Origin: an uncultured Bdellovibrionales bacterium
Lineage (GTDB): Bacteria > Patescibacteriota > Minisyncoccia > Moranbacterales > GWC2-37-73
Direction of reading: 5' to 3'
Assembly: GCA_964484505.1 (NCBI GenBank)
Contig: CAZAFB010000008.1
Coordinates: forward strand, 1-56,708
Length of the DNA stretch: 56,708 bases
This document shows positions 18,264 through 27,753 of this stretch, in pieces. Every line of letters begins with the position of its first letter. The first letter of the stretch is position 1. Made by a program: the position numbers and the translations under genes. The notes under the pieces were generated by a model that was given only the letters and a program-made list of their open reading frames with translations, was not told the DNA's origin and made no database searches.

Positions 18264-18857
18264 TTAAATATTTAAGATCTCTTCGAGCTGTTTGTCGATG
18301 TCTTTCTCTTGTTCTTTTTCCTTCTTTTCAACTTCCTTCTGTGCTACTGCTGGTTCTTGAACAACTTCCTCTTTTACTTCTTTGATAACCACTTCTTCTT
18401 TTGCTGGCGCAGCTTCTTTCTTTTCGAAACGAGGTTTCTGAGGACCTCTTTTGTCGCGGCGATCGTCTCTGCGAGGCTCCTGTTTTCTTTGTTGTTGTTG
18501 GAGTTGCTGAGCTTCAATCAAGGATTCAATGGAAGGCAATTCGTCAGCTTTTGTGAAGATAAAACGAAGAATATCGTTGTTAAGGGTAAGTTTGCGGGAA
18601 AGAGTGGAAATCGGATCAGTTTGATCAGCTCCTTCTTCTTGCCCCCAGATGTCACGCTCGGGAAGTTCGAAACGGCGGGCTACATATGTTCCGCGCTTTT
18701 GGTGCTTGATTTCGTAGGCAAGCTTTCTTTTGGAAACATACTCCGGGTCAGCCAAAGTTGCGCCTGCTTCAGTGAGCATGGCTTCCACGTCGCTTTTGAT
18801 TTTGTCGAGATTTGCTTCTTGGCGCTCTCCGACGAGGTAGAACAGTTCGTACTGCAT
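18264..18857 (-). CDS. rpsF: 30S ribosomal protein S6 with long charged C-terminal tail
   Basis: MQYELFYLV...KRKLAYEIKHQKRGTY...LNNDILRFIF; position in rpsF-ssb-rpsR operon. Confidence 0.95.
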   Translation of the reverse strand: MQYELFYLVGERQEANLDKIKSDVEAMLTEAGATLADPEYVSKRKLAYEIKHQKRGTYVARRFELPERDIWGQEEGADQTDPISTLSRKLTLNNDILRFIFTKADELPSIESLIEAQQLQQQQRKQEPRRDDRRDKRGPQKPRFEKKEAAPAKEEVVIKEVKEEVVQEPAVAQKEVEKKEKEQEKDIDKQLEEILNI

Positions 18858-18864
18858 TTGGTAT

Positions 18865-18956
18865 AATCGCGAATTTGCACGAATTGTTCACGAATGATCG
18901 CTAATAGATCCTTGATTCGTGAATATTAGTGCTATATTCGTGAATATTAGTGATTT
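18865..18956. repeat. CGAAT/ATTAG periodic element in the rpsF leader
   Basis: CACGAAT units and a duplicated ATTCGTGAATATTAGTG. Confidence 0.8.
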
Positions 18957-18958
18957 AT

Positions 18959-19072
18959 AAAAAATACCACCAAACAAGAAGGCCCATCTTTGGTGGAGAT
19001 TTCCGACCTATCCTTTATTTAAGCCATAAATCGGCTATAAAAGGCGGATCGAACAGGGTCTTTCTTGATTGT
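18959..19072 (-). ncRNA. Candidate S6:S18 ribosomal leader with terminator
   Basis: Nested stems GACC/GGTC, CCTTTTAT/ATAAAGG and AGCC/GGCT with CCG in an internal loop, then CCACCAAA/TTTGGTGG hairpin and U-tract. Confidence 0.4.
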
Positions 19073-19078
19073 TTAATT

Positions 19079-19106
19079 AGTATAGCAGGTTTTTGTAATT
19101 TGGCAA
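19079..19106 (-). promoter_or_regulatory. Promoter of rpsF-ssb-rpsR
   Basis: TTGCCA-16-TATACT with TG extension, on the minus strand. Confidence 0.55.
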
Positions 19107-19170
19107 GGGTCGTAGGATGGACATTTTGGGGTTAAGATTGTAATATGTTTTGATGAGAAAGATTTGTCTA

Positions 19171-19238
19171 TGTCATGCTGAACTTGTTTCAGCATCTCGC
19201 TGGGCATCTCGAGATCCCGAAACAAGTTCGGGATGACA
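19171..19238. repeat. REP-like double palindrome (TGTCAT...ATGACA)
   Basis: TGTCATGCTGAACTTGTTTCAGCATCTC-N12-GAGATCCCGAAACAAGTTCGGGATGACA. Confidence 0.85.
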
Positions 19239-19249
19239 AGTAAGAGTTT

Positions 19250-21207
<1,958 letters not shown>

Positions 21208-21208
<1 letters not shown>

Positions 21209-21251
21209 AAAGGTGTCAAAATCTCGCATATGCCTAAAATTGACACCTTTT
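21208..21251 (+). terminator. Terminator after uvrB
   Basis: AAAAGGTGTCAA/TTGACACCTTTT inverted repeat. Confidence 0.65.
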
Positions 21252-21342
21252 GTGTTAATTTTTGTGGGGTGTATAATTAAAGTAGTTCATACCACATCGT
21301 CAATATTCAGATATTTATGCCAAAATAAGAAAGGGGAAGCAC

Positions 21343-21759
21343 ATGGAAAGCGTGGATGTTGTCAGGAATTTTCATTCGGTCATCAATAGGCATAGAGTTG
21401 TGATTGCGGCTTTTTGCGCGGAAGACTTTGGAGTCTGCAGGAGTCTTGTTGAATCAGCGCTTCCTGTCCTTCAAAGAGAATATCCCGAGGAAAAAGGCTA
21501 TTTTTTTACGAAGATCATAACGGAAGAGAAACACGGAAGGAAGATAAATGTTTCTCTGAGCAACGCCTATGAAATTGAGGACCACCTGGAGGTCGTTGTG
21601 TTCGTGAATGGCCAGAAAATGAGGAAGGAAAATCGCTGTTGGGGCGATGCACAAGACCAAATTAGGACAATTAGAAAACTAATTTCCGAGGCAATCGCAG
21701 AGGCTGGCATTTCTGCGGAGGGTGAGATTTCTCATCAAATGTCCCTTTTGGCAGTATGA
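21343..21759 (+). CDS. Hypothetical protein (138 aa)
   Basis: ORF with SD-like AAGGGG and a downstream terminator; no recognised motif. Confidence 0.7.
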   Translation: MESVDVVRNFHSVINRHRVVIAAFCAEDFGVCRSLVESALPVLQREYPEEKGYFFTKIITEEKHGRKINVSLSNAYEIEDHLEVVVFVNGQKMRKENRCWGDAQDQIRTIRKLISEAIAEAGISAEGEISHQMSLLAV

Positions 21760-21788
21760 AAAATATATCTGAATTCTGAAGAATTAAA

Positions 21789-21823
21789 CAAAATCCTCGA
21801 CGATACGCCGAGGATTTGTTTTT
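21789..21823 (+). terminator. Intrinsic terminator
   Basis: AAATCCTCG/CGAGGATTT then T-tract. Confidence 0.7.
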
Positions 21824-21958
21824 GTTGATTTATTGGCTGTTTTGGTATATGATGCTCGGAAGCCGTGAGAAAGACAAACTATGGCTGCAGGGTATAATAT
21901 TTTAGAGATATTACATATAAAGTACCTCAAAAGGGGAAGTCTTTTGCGTTTAAATATA

Positions 21959-22021
21959 TCACGAATCAGTACTAATTTTTCGCGAATATTCGCGAAAAGA
22001 TTTGAGAATGATTAGTGATTT
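21959..22021. repeat. CGAAT/ATTAG periodic element before uvrA
   Basis: TATCACGAAT...TTTTCGCGAATATTCGCGAAAA...ATTAGTGATT. Confidence 0.7.
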
Positions 22022-22029
22022 ATATAATC

Positions 22030-25005
22030 ATGGAGGAGAAAATTATTGTGCGTGGCGCGCGTGAGCATAACTTAAAGAACATAGACATCGAGCTTCCGCG
22101 CAACAAATTCATCGTTTTTACGGGGATTAGCGGCTCAGGCAAGAGTACGCTGGCTTTTGATACTATTTTTGCCGAAGGGCAGCGCCGATATCTGGAAAGT
22201 TTGTCGTCATATGCCAGGCAGTTTCTGGGGCAGATGGATAAGCCTGATGTTGATTATATCGAAGGACTTTCACCGGCAATTTCCATCGATCAAAAATCAA
22301 CTTCGCACAACCCGCGTTCAACTGTGGGCACAGTAACGGAAATCCATGATTATCTGCGTCTTTTGTATGCCAAAATTGGTGTGCCGCATTGTCCGGTTTG
22401 TGGCAGGGAAATAACTAAATTGTCTACGGATGAAATTGTGGACAGGATATTGGAATTGGGCAATAAATCCGGTTCGCAAAAAATTGAGTTGTTGTCTCCA
22501 ATAGTACGAGAAAGAAAAGGTGAATATTTGGCGCTTTTGGATGACATGTGGAAGCGAGGATTTTCGGAAGCGATTGTTGATGGAAAAACATATAAACTTG
22601 AAAACCATAATGAAATCAAACTTGAAAGATATAAAAAACACAGTATTGATCTTGTGGTTGATCGCTTGGAAATATCGGATGAAAATATTTCCCGCATATT
22701 TGAAGGAGTTGAAAAAACACTGAGAATGTCGCAAGGATTGGTTAAGATTCGCTGCAGCGAATCTAAATTACAAACTACAAAATCCAAATCCCAAATTTCA
22801 AATGACTCAAAAGCTAATAAGCCAGTGAAGCTAAAAGCCAGTGAAGCTTGTATTGAGCAGGTTTTTAATCAGAAATTGTCTTGTCCGGAGCATGATATTG
22901 AGTTTCCGGAGCTGGAGCCACGTTTGTTCTCGTTCAATTCGCCATTCGGGGCATGTGAGGCTTGTGAAGGTTTGGGACTGAAGAAGGAAATTGACCCGCA
23001 ATTAGTTGCGCCGGACATGAACAAGACGATTGCAGAAGGCGGTTTGGCGCCGTGGAATTTCAAAAAGAATAATTATTACGGCGGTGTTATTTTGTCGGCG
23101 GCCAGATATTTCCATGTGCCGGACAATGTACGCCTCAGGGATCTCCCAGAAAAGAAATTGAATCTGATGTTATATGGAACAGATGAAGCCGGAATAATTG
23201 CCAGCGAAAAAGATGCGGAAGAAATTCCGATTTCCGTGAGGGCAAAAACAGGATCAAGCTGGAAATTCTATATGACTTGGCGCGGCGTTGTCGGTTTTAT
23301 GCAAGAGAGATATTTCAAGACGGAATCTGATGCGGTTCGTGAAGGTATTGAAAAATACATGTCACAAAAACCCTGTTCAGTATGTAAGGGTGCAAGATAC
23401 AAAAAAGAAGTGCTGTTGGTTACAGTGGGCGGGAAGAATATCCACGAAGCTTCCGTGCTTAGCATTGCTGATTGTTTGACGTTTTTTGATAAACTTAAGC
23501 TTTCCAAGCGCGAAGAAATGATCGCAGGCAGGATTTTGAAAGAAATTAAAAGTCGTTTGGAATTTTTGAATAATGTGGGTTTGGATTATCTTACTCTACA
23601 TCGCAGCGCGTACACTCTTTCTGGCGGGGAATCGCAGCGCATTCGCTTAGCTTCGCAAGTTGGGTCTCAATTGGTCGGTGTTTTATATATTCTTGACGAA
23701 CCGTCGATCGGCTTGCATGCGCGTGACAACACTAAATTGATCGAAACGCTAAGGCATTTGCAGGAAATCGGTAACACTTTGATCGTGATTGAGCATGATG
23801 AAGAGATGATGCGCTCTGCGGATTGGCTTGTGGATATCGGTCCTGGAGCAGGGAAACACGGTGGAGAAGTAGTCGCTGCAGGAACGCCGCAGCAAGTGAT
23901 CGAGAACAAGAAATCTTTGACGGGCAAGTATTTGCGCGGAGAATTGGAAATAGAAACTCTCGTTTCGAGGCGTCCGATCAACAGAAAAAAGCATATTGTT
24001 CTGCGCAATGCTTCGCAGCACAATCTCAAAAATGTAACGGTGGAATTTCCGCTGAAAGTTTTTACGTGTGTGACTGGCGTGTCCGGCAGCGGCAAATCGA
24101 CGTTGGTTGAAGATACTTTGTATAAAGCACTGGCACATAAATTGCACCGCGCCTTGGAGGTTCCGGGAAGACACCAAGAAATTTTGGGAATCGAGAACAT
24201 CAATAAGGTGATCATGATAGACCAATCACCGATTGGCCGCACGCCGCGAAGCAATCCTGCGACATATACCGGTCTTTTCACGCATATCAGGGATTTATTC
24301 GCCCAAACTAAAGACGCAAAAATGCGTGGCTATGGTCCGGGGCGTTTCTCATTCAATGTTTCTGGCGGTCGCTGCGATCATTGTCAGGGAGAAGGATTTT
24401 TGAAAATCGAAATGCAGTTTATGCCGGACGTGTATTTGCCGTGCGATGTTTGCCATGGGAAAAGATATAACAGCGAGACGCTGCAAGTTAAATACAAAGA
24501 AAAAAGCATTGCTGATGTGTTGGCGATGACCGTTTCAGAAGCGCGGGAATTTTTTGCGAGCTACCCGAAAATACATGATATTCTGGCGGTAATTGAAGAT
24601 GTCGGGCTGGGATATATCGAACTGGGACAAAGTGCAACGACTCTTTCCGGAGGTGAAGCGCAGCGCATCAAATTGGCATCCGAGCTTGCGCGAAAAGCTA
24701 CTGGGGACACTTTGTATATTTTAGACGAGCCGACGACCGGACTTCATTTTGATGATATTAAAAAACTTTTGAATGTTTTAAATCGTTTGGTTGATGCGGG
24801 CAACACGGTGGTTGTAATCGAGCACAATATGGATGTGATCAAAACCGCTGACTGGATCATCGACATGGGACCTGAAGGCGGAGACGGTGGTGGCAGCGTG
24901 GTTGTAACCGGCACGCCGGAAGAGGTGGTGAAGTATCATAAAGAAAGTTATACGGCGAAATATTTAAAAGAGGTTCTTAACGTTCGTAACGCGAAACGTT
25001 CGTAA
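22030..25005 (+). CDS. uvrA: Excinuclease ABC subunit A (copy 1)
   Basis: [49 protein letters not shown], Zn fingers. Confidence 0.99.
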   Translation: MEEKIIVRGAREHNLKNIDIELPRNKFIVFTGISGSGKSTLAFDTIFAEGQRRYLESLSSYARQFLGQMDKPDVDYIEGLSPAISIDQKSTSHNPRSTVGTVTEIHDYLRLLYAKIGVPHCPVCGREITKLSTDEIVDRILELGNKSGSQKIELLSPIVRERKGEYLALLDDMWKRGFSEAIVDGKTYKLENHNEIKLERYKKHSIDLVVDRLEISDENISRIFEGVEKTLRMSQGLVKIRCSESKLQTTKSKSQISNDSKANKPVKLKASEACIEQVFNQKLSCPEHDIEFPELEPRLFSFNSPFGACEACEGLGLKKEIDPQLVAPDMNKTIAEGGLAPWNFKKNNYYGGVILSAARYFHVPDNVRLRDLPEKKLNLMLYGTDEAGIIASEKDAEEIPISVRAKTGSSWKFYMTWRGVVGFMQERYFKTESDAVREGIEKYMSQKPCSVCKGARYKKEVLLVTVGGKNIHEASVLSIADCLTFFDKLKLSKREEMIAGRILKEIKSRLEFLNNVGLDYLTLHRSAYTLSGGESQRIRLASQVGSQLVGVLYILDEPSIGLHARDNTKLIETLRHLQEIGNTLIVIEHDEEMMRSADWLVDIGPGAGKHGGEVVAAGTPQQVIENKKSLTGKYLRGELEIETLVSRRPINRKKHIVLRNASQHNLKNVTVEFPLKVFTCVTGVSGSGKSTLVEDTLYKALAHKLHRALEVPGRHQEILGIENINKVIMIDQSPIGRTPRSNPATYTGLFTHIRDLFAQTKDAKMRGYGPGRFSFNVSGGRCDHCQGEGFLKIEMQFMPDVYLPCDVCHGKRYNSETLQVKYKEKSIADVLAMTVSEAREFFASYPKIHDILAVIEDVGLGYIELGQSATTLSGGEAQRIKLASELARKATGDTLYILDEPTTGLHFDDIKKLLNVLNRLVDAGNTVVVIEHNMDVIKTADWIIDMGPEGGDGGGSVVVTGTPEEVVKYHKESYTAKYLKEVLNVRNAKRS
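22759..22848 (+). repeat. In-frame repeat-derived insert in uvrA
   Basis: CAAAT/CAAAA units plus a duplicated AAGCCAGTGAAGCT; encodes ESKLQTTKSKSQISNDSKANKPVKLKASEA. Confidence 0.8.
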
Positions 25006-25008
25006 CGT
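24977..25008 (+). repeat. AACGTTCGTAACG duplication forming the uvrA C-terminus
   Basis: AACGTTCGTAACG occurs twice and supplies NVRNAKRS-stop. Confidence 0.6.
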
Positions 25009-25062
25009 CGCAATACAAAATATGAATATTTTGAACTTTTGTAGTGAGCAAATAAAAAAGAT

Positions 25063-26517
25063 ATGAATTTTTTAATAATAAAGGGGAAAATAGCCAAGTT
25101 GCCACAGGCGCCGGGGGTGTACTTTTTCAGAGGTGCCGGCGGGGAGATTTTGTATATAGGGAAGGCGACGAATTTGAGGAGCAGGGTGCAGTCCTACTTT
25201 CGTGATACGAATACGCGAATAAATGCGAATGATGCAAATATGCGAATGGTTGCGAATGGCAATGCGGGGGAGTCGAACTCCCAAATGCAAAAAGGGAGTT
25301 CGACTCCCTTTACTGGCTTTGTGCCGGGGAGGAGTGAGTGGATCGGGAGGATGGTTTCTCTTGTCGGGGATATCGATTTTCAGGAAACAGATAGTGTTTT
25401 GGAAGCTCTTATTTTGGAAAGCAACCTGATCAAGAAGCACCAGCCGAAATATAATACGGATGAAAAGGATGATAAGAGTTTCGCCTACTTTGTTGTGACG
25501 AAGGAAGAATTTCCGAGAGTGATTATTTTACGAAAGACTGATATTGATAAATATGATTCTAATCTACGAATAAATGCTAATCAACGAATTGCGAATAAAT
25601 TCATAAAAGATATTGTAATTGATAAGGTTTATGGGCCTTACGTTTCCAAATACCAGATGCAGATTGCGTTGAAGATCATTCGGCGTATTTTTCCGTTTCA
25701 TGCTTTGAAACAAAAGAGCGAGAAGGGATGTTTGGATTATCAAATCGGCATGTGTCCGGGACCGTATGATGGTGCGATTTCGAAGGAGGATTACAAGAAG
25801 AATATTCGCGGTATCAAGATGATTTTGGAAGGGAAGAAGAAAAGTTTGATAAAGAGACTTGAGATAGAAATGCGAGAAGCTGCGAAAAAACATGAGTTTG
25901 AAAAAGCGGCGGATCTGCGCAACAAGATTTTTGCACTCCAGCACATTCGGGATATCGCGCTAATGACCAAAGAGTTTGAAGGCGATGCTCAAAGCTTAGC
26001 TTTAGGATTTCCTAAAGCTAAGCTTTTGGGCTTTGTGCGCATAGAAGCATATGATATCTCAAATATAAGTGGACAGCATGCGGTGGGGTCGATGGTTGTT
26101 TTTGTTGACGGCAAGCCGGATAAATCGCAGTATCGAAAATTCAAAATCAAAACCATCGAAGGCAGTGATGATGTCGGCATGATGCGGGAAGTTTTGCTTA
26201 GACGCTTTAAAAATGATTGGCCAATGCCCGAGTTGGTTTTATTGGATGGCGGACAAGGACATGTGAATATGGCAGAAAAACTTTTATATGAAGAATTGGG
26301 GTTGGCGGTGCCGATTGTGGGAGTGGCAAAGGGTGTAACCCGAAAAAATCTCAAATTACAAATTGCAAATTCCAAACAATATCCAAATGCTAAAATTAAA
26401 AACGAATCAAAAAGCGTTTTACAGAATAAACTTTTACTAAAGCAAATAATGGATGAGGCGCATCGGTTCGCGATTTCCTTTCATCGCAAGCTTCGTCGCA
26501 AAAGCTATCTTGCCTGA
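25063..26517 (+). CDS. uvrC: Excinuclease ABC subunit C, minimal form (no HhH), with three inserts
   Basis: GIY-YIG GVYFF...LYIGKATNLRSRV, UVR domain, RIEAYDISNISG, LLDGGQGH, DEAHRFA. Confidence 0.95.
   Translation: MNFLIIKGKIAKLPQAPGVYFFRGAGGEILYIGKATNLRSRVQSYFRDTNTRINANDANMRMVANGNAGESNSQMQKGSSTPFTGFVPGRSEWIGRMVSLVGDIDFQETDSVLEALILESNLIKKHQPKYNTDEKDDKSFAYFVVTKEEFPRVIILRKTDIDKYDSNLRINANQRIANKFIKDIVIDKVYGPYVSKYQMQIALKIIRRIFPFHALKQKSEKGCLDYQIGMCPGPYDGAISKEDYKKNIRGIKMILEGKKKSLIKRLEIEMREAAKKHEFEKAADLRNKIFALQHIRDIALMTKEFEGDAQSLALGFPKAKLLGFVRIEAYDISNISGQHAVGSMVVFVDGKPDKSQYRKFKIKTIEGSDDVGMMREVLLRRFKNDWPMPELVLLDGGQGHVNMAEKLLYEELGLAVPIVGVAKGVTRKNLKLQIANSKQYPNAKIKNESKSVLQNKLLLKQIMDEAHRFAISFHRKLRRKSYLA
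25204..25308 (+). repeat. In-frame composite insert in uvrC
   Basis: CGAAT/CAAAT arm followed by GGGAGTCGAACTCCC-N11-GGGAGTTCGACTCCC (exact inverted pair). Confidence 0.85.
25556..25600 (+). repeat. In-frame CGAAT-arm insert in uvrC
   Basis: CTACGAATAAATGCTAATCAACGAATTGCGAAT; encodes NLRINANQRIAN. Confidence 0.7.
26345..26408 (+). repeat. In-frame CAAAT-arm insert in uvrC
   Basis: CTCAAATTACAAATTGCAAATTCCAAACAATATCCAAATGCTAAAATT; encodes LKLQIANSKQYPNAKI. Confidence 0.75.
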
Positions 26518-26714
26518 AAATAATCATAGTTGTGTTTATTAAAAAGACTTATTTTTTGAAGCAGTTAGGCGATTGGGAAATAATGAATATATGCATGGCA
26601 CTACTTCATTGAAGGGAAGGTAATATAAAAGTGCAATAAAATGGTAAGTGTAGTAGTATATATTTGCATGTGCCTGCCGGTGCAGACAGGCATTTTTATT
26701 CTTAATGAAAAAAT

Positions 26715-27566
26715 ATGCAAGACAAAAAAGAGTTGATCAAAAATAATCCATCCATTGCAATGCTAGCCCCTGCTTTTATTCTGGATTTCAAATATCCGGC
26801 AATCATCGGCATGCTCAAAAAACTGGGGTTTGATATGGTGACTGAAGTAACCTATGGTGCGCAACTTGTGAACGCCGCCTATGCGAAATATATAACCGAA
26901 AATCCCGAGCAAGAACTATATATCGCATCGCCTTGTCCTACGGTAGTTTCCTTTATCAATGCGCAATATCCCGATCTTAGTAAATATTTGCTGCCTGTCG
27001 TTTCACCGATGGCGGCAATGTCCAGATTTTTGCGTAGCGCTTTTCCTGAACATAAAATCGTGTTCATTTCGCCATGTCTCGCCAAGCGCATTATCGAAGC
27101 GCCAAAGTATCCTGAATCCATAGATGATGTCGTGACTTTGCAGGAATTAAGAAACATGTTTGAGGAAGAGGGTATCAAAGAAGAAGATTTTGTGGAAAAC
27201 TATCTTTTCGATTCGGTTGTTACCGACGACACACGCATGTTTCCTGTTTCCGGTGGCTTGGCCGACACGGCGCATTTGGAAACTATCTTCAAAAAAGAAG
27301 AAATCCTAATTACAGACGGCGTGGCCAATCTCAAAAAAGCATTTGATGATTTTCGCGCGGGCAGCAGCCAATATCGTTTTATGGATATTCTCAATTGTGA
27401 CGGCGGCTGCATTGGCGGTCCGGCGATTAACAACAAATCTTTGAATCTGGACACTAAGCGCAAAGTAGTGAAAGAATACACGGAAACTGTTGCTGGACAC
27501 GAAAAAGAAAAACATGACACAAGCTTGTCAGATTCCGGTGAGGTGGATATGAAGTGGGGATACTAG
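26715..27566 (+). CDS. Stand-alone [FeFe]-hydrogenase large-subunit C-terminal-domain (Nar1/HydS-like) Fe-S protein
   Basis: IAMLAPA, ASPCPTVV (P1), FISPCLAKRIIE (P2), MDILNCDGGCIGGP (P3). Confidence 0.85.
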   Translation: MQDKKELIKNNPSIAMLAPAFILDFKYPAIIGMLKKLGFDMVTEVTYGAQLVNAAYAKYITENPEQELYIASPCPTVVSFINAQYPDLSKYLLPVVSPMAAMSRFLRSAFPEHKIVFISPCLAKRIIEAPKYPESIDDVVTLQELRNMFEEEGIKEEDFVENYLFDSVVTDDTRMFPVSGGLADTAHLETIFKKEEILITDGVANLKKAFDDFRAGSSQYRFMDILNCDGGCIGGPAINNKSLNLDTKRKVVKEYTETVAGHEKEKHDTSLSDSGEVDMKWGY

Positions 27567-27597
27567 ATCGTAAAAGAATTTTTAAAATTCTTTTACG

Positions 27598-27636
27598 CGC
27601 GGATTCACGCGGACTATACGCAGAAATACGCTGAAA
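27598..27636 (+). repeat. ACGCGGA/ACGCAGA periodic arm
   Basis: CGCGGATTCACGCGGACTATACGCAGAAATACGCTGAAA. Confidence 0.6.
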
Positions 27637-27644
27637 ATGAATAC

Positions 27645-27673
27645 AAAACGCTCCCATAAATGGGGAGTTTTTT
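27645..27673 (+). terminator. Intrinsic terminator
   Basis: CTCCC-ATAAATG-GGGAG with flanking A- and T-tracts. Confidence 0.6.
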
Positions 27674-27690
27674 GTGTATCGAAGCTTCTA

Positions 27691-27719
27691 TTTACATATT
27701 CCATTTTTGCTGCTATCAT
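27691..27719 (+). promoter_or_regulatory. Promoter of the second uvrA
   Basis: TTTACA-17-TATCAT with TG extension. Confidence 0.65.
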
Positions 27720-27753
27720 GTGTACTTAGCAAATACATAATACTTTCATCAAT

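Noticed and set aside
17277-18956. Periodic repeats as a CRISPR array
   Set aside because: Units are 7-10 nt, degenerate and palindromically arranged; there are no unique spacers and no cas genes.
26671-26697. Riboswitch or attenuator ahead of the hydrogenase-like gene
   Set aside because: Only a short TGCCTG/CAGGCA hairpin with a T-tract; equally explained as the uvrC terminator or a REP remnant, with no aptamer consensus.
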